Shown piece by piece: positions 22,420 through 36,151 of a DNA stretch of 64,000 nucleotides. The notes beneath the pieces were generated by a model. The model saw only the letters and a list, made by a program, of their open reading frames with translations, ran no database searches and had not been told where the DNA came from. Each line of letters opens with the position of its first letter. The first letter of the stretch is position 1. Both the position numbers and the translations under genes were made by a program. The stretch spans positions 620,001 through 684,000 of the forward strand of contig RSEE01000030.1 in assembly GCA_003971905.1 (NCBI GenBank). Reading direction: 5' to 3'. The DNA is from Moniliella sp. 'wahieum' (Eukaryota).

Positions 22420-24370
22420 TATCAGGCCTCAGCACGCCCTCGGCCCTCAGGGGCCTTAGGCATGCATCTGAGGTTTGGGAGGGGCCCCCTCTGAAGCGCG
22501 AGTAAAGGTATCAATGTCTTTTTCACGTCAAAACGCGTCTTCAAAAACCTGATGCAACAACGCCATTGCCGCCGGTGCATTATTGCGCTTTACTTCTTCA
22601 TACAGTTTCTCGGCCCCAAAACACTTGACGAGTTCCATCGATCTGGCAGAGGTTTCCATTTGGACAGCGAGTGGAGTTTTCGGAGTGGGGATAAGCGCAT
22701 AAACGCAGATGCGGGTATAACATGACAGATCGTCGCAGGATAGAAGAGGATATTGCGTGTAATAACCGTGTGTATAACCATTTACACTCGGGATGTACTC
22801 CTGTGGTTCGGTTGGTTGCGGGGGTAGACAAATGGTAGCCAATTGCGCCGCGCCCTATGGAACCCTCCTGCAATGGTTTAGGTGATTTCCAGGTGTGGAG
22901 CAGTTGTCGCAGAATCATGAATCACACGTGACGCGCGTGACATTGGGATTAAAGGGCCCTGGAGGCGGAGGGGTGAGGCTGAGGCCGAGGGGGCTCAGCT
23001 GATGCGCTGCTCAGCGCTCAGCCTGAGCGCTCAGGCTGAGCGCTGATGCATGCTGGATGTCCATGCTAGGGCTATTAGCTGTGGCGGTGTGTGGCGTGGA
23101 ACACGTGAAGAAAAAGTGACATGCTTATCATTGCCAAGCACTAATTTCCCGATTCACGAGTGCCTGTACCAAGGCGCAAGGGTACCCTAGGGTGCACCCT
23201 GACGCACCGGCGCTACAAGCTGCAGGCCTTGCGCTGGTGTGACGTGTATGATAGGATCGATGGTCGAGCTAGTCGCAGATCGATACAAAGATGTTCCGCA
23301 CACGCAGGCACCTAATAGTCACTTGTCGCATGGCCCACGCGCCCTAGCGGACAGCGGGGAGCCGGTACAGCAGCCACCGCGCGCGGGTTGCGGTCGGTGG
23401 TTACGACCACCGGCCTAACTCGGTTTCAACGTTCAACGTTCAACACGTTCAACGTCAACGCGTCAACGTTCAACGTTCGTTTTCGTCACTTAGTCACTGG
23501 GGCACGCAGCAAAATGGAGTTAGTCGGGCAGGGTGAAGCAGGGTGCCGGCCGATGGCCGGTTACCGGTTACGGTGACTTTTCAAGCTTCAAGCTTCAAGC
23601 TTCAACTCCTGAGCTTGAGAGCTTGAGCACTCAGGCTGAGCCCTTGAGCTTGAAGCTTGAAGTTTGACGCTTGAGTTTGGAGCTAGAAGCTTGAAGCTTG
23701 AAGCTTGAAGCTTGAAGCTTGAAGCTTGAAGCTTGAAGTGAAGAAGAGTGGAGCCGAGACACGCGGGTGCACTGGACCGCCATGTGGCTTTCGTTCTTAC
23801 CTGCCCAGGCGCTCAGGCCCCTGACCGGTGACCGGTGACTTGACTCAGGCCTGAGAGTCTGAAAGCTGCTACGTACACGATGCTCGACGATCGATATGTC
23901 GATGAAGCAGAGCCAAGCCGTGCACACCACAGCGTCGGTCTGGGGCTGTCTAGGGGGCATGGTACAGGGCATCGTAGAAACTAGTAAGCCTGATAGACCC
24001 TGGTCTAGGCCATCGTGCTGTCGGAGTAGAGAGTAGTAGTGTGGGGTGATTAAAAGGTGATCAATGATTAATGACTAAGGTCGGTGTGATTCACAGTGAT
24101 TCGTGACTATAGGTCACAATCAGATGGGCTTGCCCCGACAGAAGGACAGCACTGCGCCCGAGTACACTGGCAACAGAATCGAAGAAGATGTGCAAGACGG
24201 CAAGCCAGCAAGCCAGCAGCGGTGGTAACCGAGAACTGAGAGCCTATAACCGGCAAAGTGTTATGGTAGACCAGGGAGAGCGGTTATAGTGACTGTAGGG
24301 TAGAGCTAGTCAAGCAATCAAGCTTCAAGCTTTAAGGTGAGCCTCAGGAGTGAGCCTCACTGCTGTGACC
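22420..24370. repeat. Tract of palindromic heptamer repeats upstream of DUF6534-like gene 1
   Basis: GCTCAGC/GCTGAGC 23029-23046, (GTTCAAC)n 23423-23477, (CTTCAAG)n ~23580-23605, (CTTGAAG)7 23690-23738, (GGTGACC)n 23822-23838. A smaller patch lies at 21830-21900. Confidence 0.9.
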
Positions 24371-24651
24371 ATCTCAAAAAGCAGTCATATGCATCTTCCC
24401 CGCAGCCATGGAAACCCTATCCTGGGCACCCCGTCGGCTTAGAATTCGGCCGCCACACGCATTCGCCAACACTTGTATCACTGTGCACCTAACCAGAACC
24501 CGCTAAGAGCTAAGACCTTCCAAAAGTATGTAGTTGCATCTCAGTTTTGTTACAAGACCAGAATAAACGAGAAAAGACTTATAGATTTGTGACCACAGAC
24601 CCATACCTTCACGACTTCACCCCCCCGTCTCTACCCCCAACCACCACCACC

Positions 24652-25939
24652 ATGCCAAGTGTGGCTCATACCACTGGCTATATCGTCATTGGCTCTACAT
24701 CAACCTCATCCTTTTTGGCGTCACCATCTGCCAGCTATGGCTGCTCTGGACGCGGTTTGTCCGTGACCCCTGGGGTCTCAAGCTTGTTGTCGCTTTGGTG
24801 GCTATGGCAGAGGTGGCCAACACAGTGTGTGGGTGTATCGCTTGTCGGACTGGCTCGTAACTCACTATGGCGAGATAGAGTACCTGGCCAACATTGGTCG
24901 CAGCTACATTGGTTCGATGCAATCGGGCGCCATTAGCGCCTTCATTGTCGAATGCTTTTTGGCTTGGAGGATCCAGAGTTTGCGCCACCAGTGGTACCTG
25001 ACTGCCGTTATTGTCTTCTTTGCCATTGGCGGCCTAGTGGGATCGATTGCGACGATGATCGGCTGTTCAATCTCAAGGGCTTTGATCGCCTCAGTGTCAT
25101 CCAGCCCGCCATCTTGGTTTGGAGCTGTGTGGTGACATGCGACCTGATGGAGACCGTAGCGCTGTACGCCACTCTCCGTCGAGCCCTAACCGGTTTTGCC
25201 AATACCGACACGCGCATCACTGAACTCAAAAACTTGATCCTTCAAACCTCGGTCCTGACTATGATCTGTGACTTGTGCCACCTGCTTATTGTGGCCTTTG
25301 CAGTAAGTGCTGCACCCTCCCCCGACCCCCGTTTTGCCCTTGCGGCGCAGCATTAGGCCTTCAATTCTGACCTGTCCTCTTATACTTTTCTAGCCTGACT
25401 CGGAACTGCATTTGATGTTCAACATCATCTCACCCAAACTGGTGAGCAATGCGCTCTTGTCCACCCTTAACACACGCCGCGCACCGCAAGAACTGATTGG
25501 GCAAGAAACGGAGCATCCCGCTCCACGTCGAAGCTTGTGCGGGCCGATCAGTTGGAAGAGCGTGTCGGGCCCAGAGTGGTTTTCAAAGCCATTCCGGTCA
25601 TCCCGCCACCCCACAGCACGTACGGAGAACCAGGAAAAATCGAGCTCCTTCCCCATGCCATCCCTCTTTCCTATGTCGCAACGGGATCCCGCCCCGGGTG
25701 CCGGAACTGTGCACATCACCACCATTCAGGAACAGTTTGGGCATTCTTCCTTCCAATTGGAGCCCGACCTCGAGCCCAGTGATGGTAGGCGGCCAACCGA
25801 TGAAAAGAAGGAAGGGGACGATGCCAGTTTCAATTTCAACCTCAGCCCCGCCCGACAATTCGCCTCCCATACGCCTTCGCGTCGGTCCAGCTCGGCGGGG
25901 AGATCGCATAAGAGTTTCCAGCTGGGTTCCCAACCATAA
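24652..25939 (+). CDS. DUF6534-like multi-pass membrane protein, paralogue 1 (intron ~25303-25392; frameshifts)
   Basis: MPSVAHTTGYIVIG...ILFGVTICQLW...DPWGLKLVV...FIVECFLAWRI...TGFANTDTRITELKNLILQTS...PKLVSNALLSTLNTRR, typical of the basidiomycete DUF6534 family. Confidence 0.75.
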
Positions 25940-27559
25940 TCGGTCTCCCACCCCATATACCGTTTCCGCGTCCTCATTACCACTTCTGCGACGCGCTCCT
26001 TGATCCCAGTTCTGCTCCTGGCCTGGAGGCCTGAACGAACACCAACCGACTCGTATCCGCTCGTTACCTTTTATGCTCCTTCGCACCTGACTTTCCTTCG
26101 AAATCTCCGCTTTCGTCCCCGTTCTATACTCCTTCATCCTACCAAATCTTCGCCATCTGTGATAACCCTGCTAATCTACCCCTTCCCTCAGACCCGTTCG
26201 TCTATATCTGCTCTGGGCACATTCCCCGGGGCGGCTGCTTCCTCTGCTTCCAAACCCGAGGATCGCCTCACCAGAAGCTCATGGGGGTTAATAGGCAAAG
26301 CCCATACAGCCCCCAATCGTAAGACGAACGTGACGACAGATCACGAACCGAAGACAAGCAATAGGAAAGGAAAGAAACTGCAGGTATGCTCCTGGAAGAG
26401 CGGCCGAGTCGACCGGGGCGCATCCCAGCACACCTCAGCATCATGGTGGAGCAGATGGGTTGACTGTTGCAGGGATGTTTCGAAAATTTGTCATCACAAG
26501 CGGAAGAATATTACTTGTATACCACACCCCCTCGCGCCCCGGCAGCTAAGGATGGCCAATCGGGACGGGAGAGCAGGAATAATAAGAGTGGTCGGAGTGA
26601 AAGAGCGTGGCGGTGGACTGTTGAACTAGTGGGTGGTAGTGGGTACAACATTGTCCCGGGTCGTTACCGAGTATAGAGAACACCGAGGGAAATCGAAGTC
26701 TACAACAAGGTGCGTACTTTATATAAATGCCGGTCACAAAACGGGGAGACTCTCGTCGACGGTGTTTAACGCCCGACGGTGCTTTTGAAGAAGTGATAGG
26801 TAGGAAGATATCTCCGGCTTGTTGCCGTCTCACGATCTCATGTTCCTTCTGTCCCATTGTTATCCTTTTATCCCCGCGTTACGCCCATCTCTGCCCGAAG
26901 GACTTCCCCGCAATAGCTATTTCGGCATCCATTCACCGTGTGGCTGACGTCCGTGTATTGGGTCTCCGGTCTAGGATCTAAAGGGGCTTTTGTTGAACTG
27001 ACCACATGAGTATAATGAGTACACGATCCGAACACGTACGTGTAAATCATCACACAGTTAATGGGCTTTTTTGGAGACTAGACGATAGCCTACATGACTA
27101 TGCCGTATCCCTTCCGCCGTAGTAGTAGTAGACGTGTGAGCTCTGTTCAATTATTAGGGTCTCACGCGTTCAGATAGAAGAAGGTACATGTGTCTTGTTC
27201 CTTTGGTTCGTTATACCTCGGTGTCTACCCTCCGTCAGGCCTCAGGGCGATTGAGATCCAGGTTCAAGAACACAGTTGCCGCGTGTTGAATGGACGATGG
27301 AGAGGCCAATGTCGATGACGATGACCGGCGCGGGTTCATCTCGTACAGAGTACTGTTGGGCCTGAGGGATACGATATCTATATCATTGAAGAAAAGTTTG
27401 ATGCTGACGATGAAGATGGAGGAACAACGTGTCAATACACATCGAGCTGTTCTGTAGTTGTGTGTGTTGGACTGTTCTCTTTGGTTCCGCGGCGTTCAAC
27501 CTCACCACGACGCCTACAAAAAGGGATCAGACCGCTGGCTGATGTTCGGATGTCCAAGC

Positions 27560-28110
27560 TAACGTTTCAAGTGCAATGTACGTTCAGTGATACATGCTTG
27601 ACGTTTAACGAATTTAACGTTTAACGTGTAACATGCGCATGTAACACGCTAATCAAAACTCTGACGCCTGATGATTCGATGATATATGATAGGTGGCTTG
27701 CTGTGATTACGATTAACAAGGTAGCCAGTAGTGGATCAGATGCGTGTGCAAAGAAAGGCTTTGCACGCCACAGAGGTATTCTGGACGTAATGCATTACGT
27801 GTAATCAAAATCCGGAATCGACATAAGCCCGCGTAACCAGTTAATGATCCTGGTTACCCAGCGATGTCCTAAGTGCAGTTATGCAGTGGTAAAGACAGGA
27901 GCTGGGTTGAACTTCAACGTTGAACGTTGATCGATCTTGATCGACTTAATCCCACAGACTAAGGATCAGAAGAAGAAGGAGAAGGGAGAGTGGCACTAGC
28001 CAGGGGGTAAGGATACTGGCGTGGTGCCCAGATGAGTAAGATGGTCAGGAGTGCCGCGGAGGTGGCTGGCCCATAGGACCCTGGTCAACAGATCTAAGAT
28101 CTAAGCCACT
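27560..28110. repeat. Tract of palindromic heptamer repeats
   Basis: GTTTAAC units 27602-27627, TTCAACGTTGAACGTTGA ~27912-27930, AGATCTAAGATCTAAG 28090-28105. Confidence 0.75.
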
Positions 28111-30379
28111 AGTTACATATCTGTGCACCCTTGCCACAAAACCCCGAACTATGTAATGGTCCTAGGCCCAATGTCTATATCGCTGCATAATCCTCTGGCT
28201 TATGATCGATGATCGCGCGGAGTTTGCGTTGCGGCTGGCTTGTGGGACAGCCACTGACTGTGTGGGCGTGTATTCCGTTTTGGCCACTAAATATTAATAC
28301 TTCGCCTTCCTTTGGCGGCCAATACTTCTCATTCTGAGGAGATAAGCCATAGGACCCCCTTCTCATCGGGAGGAGCAAGGTTGGTAACCGATAAGACCGC
28401 GGCAATGCTTTTCAGCACACAGTGCGCCGTAAGCTGCACCTCACTTCTACGAGGCGAAGGCGCCATAGGCCTCGAATGATCCTGTTTTTTCTCGAACAAA
28501 CTTTGATCTGTTGTAATAGGGGGGCCGCATAGCCCTTTCATCTCATCAGGGCTCAGCGAGAGGCAATTATCAAAAGCCCAAGGAGGTGAGTCAAACGGAA
28601 TATTCCTGATGAGTGTGTGCTGGGTGTGGCACATGGAGGAGAGTAGTGTGGCAAAACACTGGTATAGCTCAAGCCCCGGTTCCCTTCGGCGCATGCCTTT
28701 CGATTTTCCTTCCTATATGGAAGGCCGTAGCAATATTATCTAAACCCGCTGTAGATCATAGTACGCCTGTGCGCCTTATGTCTCTAGTCTCTTCTACAGA
28801 GTGAACAAGCGATAGTAGCGATAGCAGCTGACAAAAAAGGGACAAAAAAGGGATGGCCGCGGGGTTGTTGATGCTGATGGGACACTGAAGATTCCATAGG
28901 CCACTGATGATGGATAATATAGTCATGCGGGCTTTGACGCTCAGGGCTGTTGTAAAGAAGCCCCCTGAGGCCCTGAGGACTCAGCCTGAGTGTCGTCTCG
29001 GGAGATGCGTGATGGCACGTAGCACTACTCAGCCTCACGTGAACGTCCTGAATTGTAGCCTCTCTCGTGTAGCTGCTGAGACTTATTCTCTTCTCCTCTA
29101 TCTCTGTCCCTCCCTTCATCTTTCCTCCTCTTCCATCTCTGCTACCGGCAGTACTTCGGTCACCTCTTCAGCAACCAATCCCATTTTGTGGAACTTCTGT
29201 TAACTCTGAACTGCTCCGTCGCATCAGGAGTCAGTCATAGCAATAGTAAAGCTCTCAAGAACGATATTTAATGATCGATAAGACGATAAGATAATGGAGA
29301 AGAGGCAAGAACTCCAGGCATCCGTTTCCGGTGACCACCACAAGTGGTCCAGAGCACCCATCAGTCTTGGATAACATGTGGCCCGACTCACTTAGTGTAT
29401 CGTCCGCAGTGTATCAGTCCGGTACATTCGGCACCTTCCACGGGGTGGGGGGGGTTCTGGCGTTTCTTGAGTCTCCCGGATATATTAGCTATCTTCTCTC
29501 CTTTTTGTAACTCCTCAGAATACCAGTTCCATTACATATCTCGCCAACCCTGCTATATGACTTAGGTTTATGACAGTCTCGTTTGTTCTCCCCCACAACT
29601 TCTCTGTGAAGTCGCAGCCCTTTGAAACCCCAATGGCACTAAGCCAACTAAATATCTCGGAGCATCGGTCCGACAGCAGATGTACACCATAGTATGTGGT
29701 GCATCATTTTCCATCTTATTAACCCGCCGCAATTGTTTTGCCCCTCTCTTCCTTCCCAACCACCATTCTATCCATTGAATTCTATCCATATATGGTATGC
29801 GCTTGGAGAAGACAGCAAAGCAGGAAAGACATATAAGCTGAACTCCTCAGGAGAACGTTCTCTAACTCTCACCAGCGGTCTTGAAGAGAGGGCGTATCAA
29901 CGTATAAATTGCTTGTTTGCATATGTCAGTTTGGTGGAGTGAAAAAGGCGTAAAAGAAAACGCACCATTTCGCACAGTCGGAGACATTGCAGTCAATGCA
30001 TGCCATACCCCATTCCATCAGAAATTTCCATTGCTATGCCTCAGACTCCGTCGATTCGGCTTTACGGGTATAAGGGGCGTATGGCATGTGATGATATAGT
30101 AAGAGAATTACAATCGGGAACTGCGACGGGGCGGTCTATAGGGAAAGTTAGACATATGGAGAGGGATGAGTATTAGCGTAAAGGGATGAAGAACCAAATA
30201 AGGAAAAGCCTGGTGCTGGGGGATAATTGTCGGGAGAAGTACGGCTTCGGGACGGCAGAGGCGATTTGGTTTTTGTGCCGTTTGGACCACACCCACCGAT
30301 TGACCGCCGTTCTCCATAATCAGAACCCAGCACCCACAGTGCGTCCCCCCCGCTCAGGGCAACGCCGTAATGCATAAAC

Positions 30380-31260
30380 TTTTTTTCATTATAAAGATCC
30401 TGATGGTTCCCCGGAGATGTCCTATAAGCGCAGGTACGCAAGGTGAAGGGAAGACAGGAGCTCGGCTGAACCCGGACTGAGGAAGAGAAGAAGAAGGAAT
30501 AGCACTAGTAGCGCAGAGGTGATAGGGATGGCATGGTGCCCGCATGTGTAAGAAGATCAGAGTGATATTGAAGATGGCTGGCCCTCAGACCCTTTTGGTC
30601 ATTAAGCTGCGATCGATGGTATGAGTACTGAGATGGTCTTATTGGAGAGGCAGTAGAGAGGAGAAATGCGGTGGAAGAACAATAATGGATAATCGGTGGG
30701 AAGAGTAATAGGATGGTTCAGAAAAGATGAGTTAGGGTACGAAAGAAAAGGATATATATAGTGAAGAGGACATGAGGTAGAATGCACATGTGAACATAGG
30801 GAGTGCCGTATCGTAACCAGATCAGAGCCCATATGGAAAGAAGTCGGGAGTACTTTCGGAGCGTTTATAACAGGGAGGAAACCTTGTGCTCTACGATGCC
30901 AAATGTTGTCACAGGTTCTAGAGCAAAGAGCGCAACTTAATGAACGATGAAACTGTGCGTCGTTCCGTCCCCTCTGTGTTGGGCTCAATGAATAATAATG
31001 CACTGCTGCGCAAAAAGGCTGTGGTCACACCTATGGCATTGCAGGCTGTGAATGGTAAAACCACAGAGTATAGCGTGTGGATAAAAGACATCCAGAGCCC
31101 AAACTCCGACCGAGATGTGTTGATGACAACTTATATATAGTCCGACTGAAGTTTCTGAAGACTCATACTAGATTGGGCTTGCGCTGCGATGATGGAGGAT
31201 GATCGATGAGAGACCCACGAATGTGGGATCCCAGGGGATTCCATGTCCAGATGAGGTATC
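30380..31260 (+). pseudogene. Possible decayed fungal-type (FunK1-like) protein kinase
   Basis: Ordered motif remnants in my translation: FIIK ~30385, LYDAKCCHRF*SKERNLM at 30889-30942 (cf. LHRDISxxNIM), LILDWACAA at 31162 (cf. LIDxD), GSQG/F/MS at ~31225 (cf. GTxxFMS). Needs stops and indels. Confidence 0.3.
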
Positions 31261-33321
31261 GGGCTGCCTCGTAATAACAGAGAAGGAATACTAGACCGCA
31301 AGGCCTACAACACCCTAACAAGACCTACTCAAATGAATAATCAGCCCTGCTGTAAAGAAGGGGTGTTGCCACGTCAACCGACAGCGTCTACTGGCGTGGT
31401 TAATGATTAGTAGTAATCGTTGTGAAGGATAGACCCTAGAGTTGTCGCACAGGCCCAGCAGAAAGGCCACGTGTACACCCTTTGTCCCAATACTTGTACT
31501 GTCCTCTTCGCCACCGCCTCCTCTTCCCCTTCCCCTCTCGCTCACCTCGTCCCTTTTGATTGTATCGCTCTCGCTGATTGTTCTGTGCTTTAGACTGACT
31601 AGGCGTCTCCCATCAGGCAGAGCCTCGTGTTGCCACAGAGGAGGTTTCAAAAGGTCTCAAGTACTGTGTCATGATACTCCTGCCGTGGCATAACTTATAG
31701 TAGAGTAGGTTCCCTAACAGGGGTGGCGCTACCAAGCAACACGCTCAGTGTTCTTCGGTTTATAGGCGTAGCGTTCCCTTGTCCCAGCCCTAAGCTCTGT
31801 CAATGATATAGATGCAATGTAGAGTAGCTGGCATGCGTGAGATGTTATTGACAAGATCTTTCTCCCTCGCTCCGTTCATTAATCATTAATCATTCCATAT
31901 CCTCTGTACCACACCCGCACACACTAAAAAGTGACCCCCCCCGACTCCTCTGCGCCTTAATTGCGTCGTTCGGTCTGTTCTTGTGAAGGATATAATAGCA
32001 CTTCCAACTATGCACCTTAGTATTTTACTTTTTGGTGCGGCTTAAGCGTGAACTTCAAGCTTCATGCACTGCATGCATCAAGCATCATGATGGGGATATA
32101 TATAGTACAGTATAAGCTTCATTACAGCTTGGTCAGTTTCTGTTACTGTTGTTCACTATGATAGTAGGAGCCACACACAGAGGTAGTGCGCGATTGCAGT
32201 TTTAAGTTCCCGCAATCCCCCCATTCCACTGTGAGGTTTTAATACTGAGCAACGGAGTACTCATTAAAATTCGTTGACTCGTTGCCGGCTACTAGAACAA
32301 GGGCCCCGACACCTACAAGAGCCCTCCCTCTTACGGCAAAAATGCACTAAAACCCTACCGCTGTTGAATAATCGACAATCGATGTTCGCTGATATAATCC
32401 ACCTGAGGCCGCGTCCGTCAAGTAATATATACACATGTCACGCGCATGTGGATCATATATCCCACATGTCCGTGAGCTGCTTACGCGCTTACATTCGTTC
32501 CCCCCAAACGATGTACCAGATAGAAGGGGCGGCTGCCGCGCTGTGTGTGAGCGTACCCTGTGATGCGCTGTCCCACACTCCATGTCCAAGGTCTCCAAAG
32601 ACGGGCCGAAAGGCAGTAGCCAATTAACCATGCCCGGCGATACGCTCAATACATATATGGTATCTCCTGCATCCATACCTAATTGGGGTAACATGTAACC
32701 CTTGCACTACATCTCTGGGGCCTGAGGCTTGCTCCTGGTGGGGTGATGAAGCACTCCCTTCGACATCAAAACCTATTAACCCTATCGTGCTGGCCCTTCC
32801 GTCGCCCGCGTTTCACATCCTTGGCTGTACAACAGCAATAACTTGGAGTCGGCAACATAATAGAGCGCACATGCAGTATATGCAACAACCCACCCACCAT
32901 GGATCCACCAAAGACATCATGTTCCCTACCGTTACTGCGGTGCTGTTTGCCAGCATATTCTCCTGCCATGTTCCTCAGCCGCGTTACTGTTTCCATCTGC
33001 CGCGGCCCATCATCCCTCCATCAACGTCTGTGCTGCTGCTCACGTCGACCCTCCTGGACACTGCGTGGCCTTTGCACTACCTTCCCGGCCCCCCCAATAA
33101 CTTCATCGTTGGGTAAAAATCCACCTCCCCCCCTATATCCCCCCGTCACCTGTCCTTGTATTCGCCCCTCCTTCTTCTCCTTCTCCCACATCGGGCAATC
33201 GCCACAACCAACCCTCTGTATCGACGTCCGACGCTACAGGCCATTGCGACCAAGCACCTAGTGCTGCTTGCCTGTTATCTCCCACCCTTCCCCTGGCCAT
33301 TGCCTCTCGCACGCGTACACG

Positions 33322-34693
33322 ATGGCTTCCGTCGCAAGCACCACCGGCTTTTTGCTGATTGGGCTGTACTTCAACCTGATCCTATTCGGGATCACAATTT
33401 GCCAGCTCTGGCTGCTGTGGACGCGTTTTCTCCGTGACCCCTGGAGGCTGAAGCTCGTTGTGGGTCTGGTGGCAATGGCAGAGGTGACCAATACGGTGTG
33501 TGCGTGCATCGCCTTGTCGGGCTGGCTTGTGACGCACTATGGCGAGCCCGAGTATTTGGCCATTATTGGGCCCAGTTTCATTGGCTCGATGGAGTCGGGC
33601 GCGATCAGTTGTTTCATTGTCGAGTGTTTTCTCGCCTGGCGGATCCACACACTGCGCCGCCAGTGGTGGCTTACAAGCATCCTCCTTTTCTTTGCTTGTG
33701 GTGGCATTATTGGCTGTACAGCTACCATGATCGGGTGCGGCATCCTGAAACGCTTTGATGCCCTCGACACGGTCCAAGCCGCGGTGCTCGTGATGAGCTG
33801 CTGCATCGTCACGTGCGACATACTCGAAACCACAGCACTCTACGTTACCCTCCGCCGTGCATTGACCGGCTTTTCCGCCACGGACACGCGCATCACGGAA
33901 CTCAAGAACCTTATCCTCCAAACCTCAATCTTGACTCTCATTTGCGATTTCTGCCATATGACCATTGTCGCGACTCATGTACGTTCCTCTCTCCCTATTT
34001 CCCCCCTCCCGTTTCTCTCCTCTTTTTGTGCTTCTTGTGTTATATCACAGCACTTGGGGACTGACTTCGTCTGTACATGTTGCGCCAGCCCATGTCGGAT
34101 GTGCACTTGATGTTCAACCTTGTCTCGCCCAAGCTGGTTAGCAACGCACTGCTTTCGACACTCAACACACGCCGAAGCCCGCACGAGTTGATTGGCCATG
34201 AGGTGTCCATGCCTTATTCGCCAGAAACAGTATGTTCACCAGTTTCCGCAAGAGCATGGCGAAGGAGGTGAGCCGCATCATGCGTACCTCCTCGGCCGCA
34301 CCCAAATCGGACTTGGATCAGACCCAATTCCCACCTGCCTCGCTCGTACCGACCCTTGGGGGCTGCGAAAGCTGGTTCTTCAACAGCGGAAGAGGAGTCC
34401 CCACTAAGCCCATCAACGGCGACCGGTCCAACATCGGCGCCGTCCACATCACCACGGTCCAAGAGCAGTTCACTGAGGCTGAGCCTGTCCAGTCCATCAG
34501 CCCCCACTTGGACCGGTCCACATTGTCACTCGAGGATGTCGGGAAGGCAATCCGCCACAAACCCGACAAGGCAGCGGAAAAGGAAGCGGAGGCGGAAGTG
34601 GAAGCGGAGGAGGCTAACTTGAACCTCGCTCTAACCCGATCCGCGCCTTCGGAGGAAACGACTTCTCCCGAGAGTGCGGGCCAGTTTGCCTGA
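33322..34693 (+). CDS. DUF6534-like multi-pass membrane protein, paralogue 2 (intron from ~33979)
   Basis: MASVASTTGFLLIGLYFNLILFGITICQLW...FIVECFLAWRI...TDTRITELKNLILQTS|...PKLVSNALLSTLNTRR; same intron position as paralogue 1. Confidence 0.8.
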
Positions 34694-35416
34694 GTGCATC
34701 TGTGCACAAAACTACCACGCACCAAAAAAATTTCCTCTTCCTCTTGTTCTTGTTCTAGTCCATCACATCCCAAAGGCAAAACCTCTTCTCACGTCCGCCC
34801 CCGTCTTTCTGTACCACAACGGATCTGGTTGACCTCCTCATAAAAGGAGGCCATTAGTTATGTTATTGATTCTACGTCTGTGGCCGTCCTCGCGTCTACA
34901 TATAACGATCAGAGAATAAAAGAAGATGCCGTTAACCTATACGTCTCGCCCTTCTACAAAATCATAGGTGATGTGCCACTCGTTCACAGCTTGTGCCAGA
35001 CGCCTTAACTCTTCTCTCGCAACGGTAGGTGGGCTGTACACTCAGTGGGTAAACGGCGACCCATCAGATGGGGAAGAAAGGGGAGGCGCCCATCAGCGTC
35101 CAGAAGGCATCCTTTTTCTTTTTTGCGTTTGCCCTGTAGTGTGGCCAAGGGAAAGAAGGTGAAAGTTCAAAAAACACCAGCAACGCGGTGAGCCGCTGGC
35201 GAACGCGACGCGTCGTGCTGCAGACGGAGGCAGAGGGGCTGTGTGGTGAACACTGGTGGAATGCTCCGTGCTCAGTGGCGCGACGCGTTTTGGTCCCGCG
35301 TTCCATCTGGCGCGGCACCGCTGACGGTCATCGATCATCAGCCATCGCCCCAGAGAGTCCGACCAGACGGACCAGGCCACCGGCTCTCCTCTCCTTTGTC
35401 TGCGACCTGCTGCACC

Positions 35417-36151
35417 ATGTCTGTCGTTCACCTGCAGAACGTCGAGATCCTCAACCCCAACGCCGAATTTGGTGCACCGTACTTGTTCAAGGTGACGTTT
35501 GAGTCGATTGCGCCGCTGGCGGACGACCTGGAGTGGCGTTTGATCTACGTTGGCAGCGCGCAGAGCAAAGATTACGACCAAGAGCTGGACAATTGCCTCG
35601 TCGGTCCCGTCCCTGTCGGAGTCAACTCGTTTGAGTTTGAGGCGGATGCACCTGACCCGTCCAAGATCCCACCGGAGGACTTGTTGGGGGTTACTGTCAT
35701 CCTTCTAACTGGTTCGTACAACGACAATGAGTTCATCCGCGTAGGCTACTATGTCCACAACGACTACCAAGACCCCGAGCTGCGTGAAAACCCACCCGAG
35801 ACGGTCGATCTGACCAAGGTGCGGCGCGAGGTACTGGTGGAAAAGCCACGGGTGACAAGGTTTAACATCAAATGGTACGCTGTCATGTCTCCTTGCTTCG
35901 GGTGCGCCATTTGGCCTTGAGCATTGCGGGTGGATGCAGCAAGAATCGCTAACCACTGCCCTCCTCTCTCCAGGGACACCGAGACGACGGCTGCTATCGA
36001 AGAGGCTGCCACCACCGCTGCGGCCTCTTCCTTTGCCCCTACGGCGGAGCCAGTGGAAGATTTGCATAGCAAGAAAGACCCGCCGCGACCCGCCCCTGCT
36101 GCTGCGCCAGCAGCCGAATCGCCCGCCGAGGCACCAAAAGAAGAGCTGTGA
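35417..36151 (+). CDS. ASF1: Histone H3/H4 chaperone Asf1 (intron ~35875-35973)
   Basis: [18 protein letters not shown]...[23 protein letters not shown]...[13 protein letters not shown]...EFIRVGYYV...[11 protein letters not shown]. Confidence 0.97.

Noticed and set aside
28175..28405. GEVLIFSGQNGIHAHT as a 2OG-Fe(II)/TET-JBP remnant
   Set aside because: Single short motif, no HxD motif or supporting frame found.
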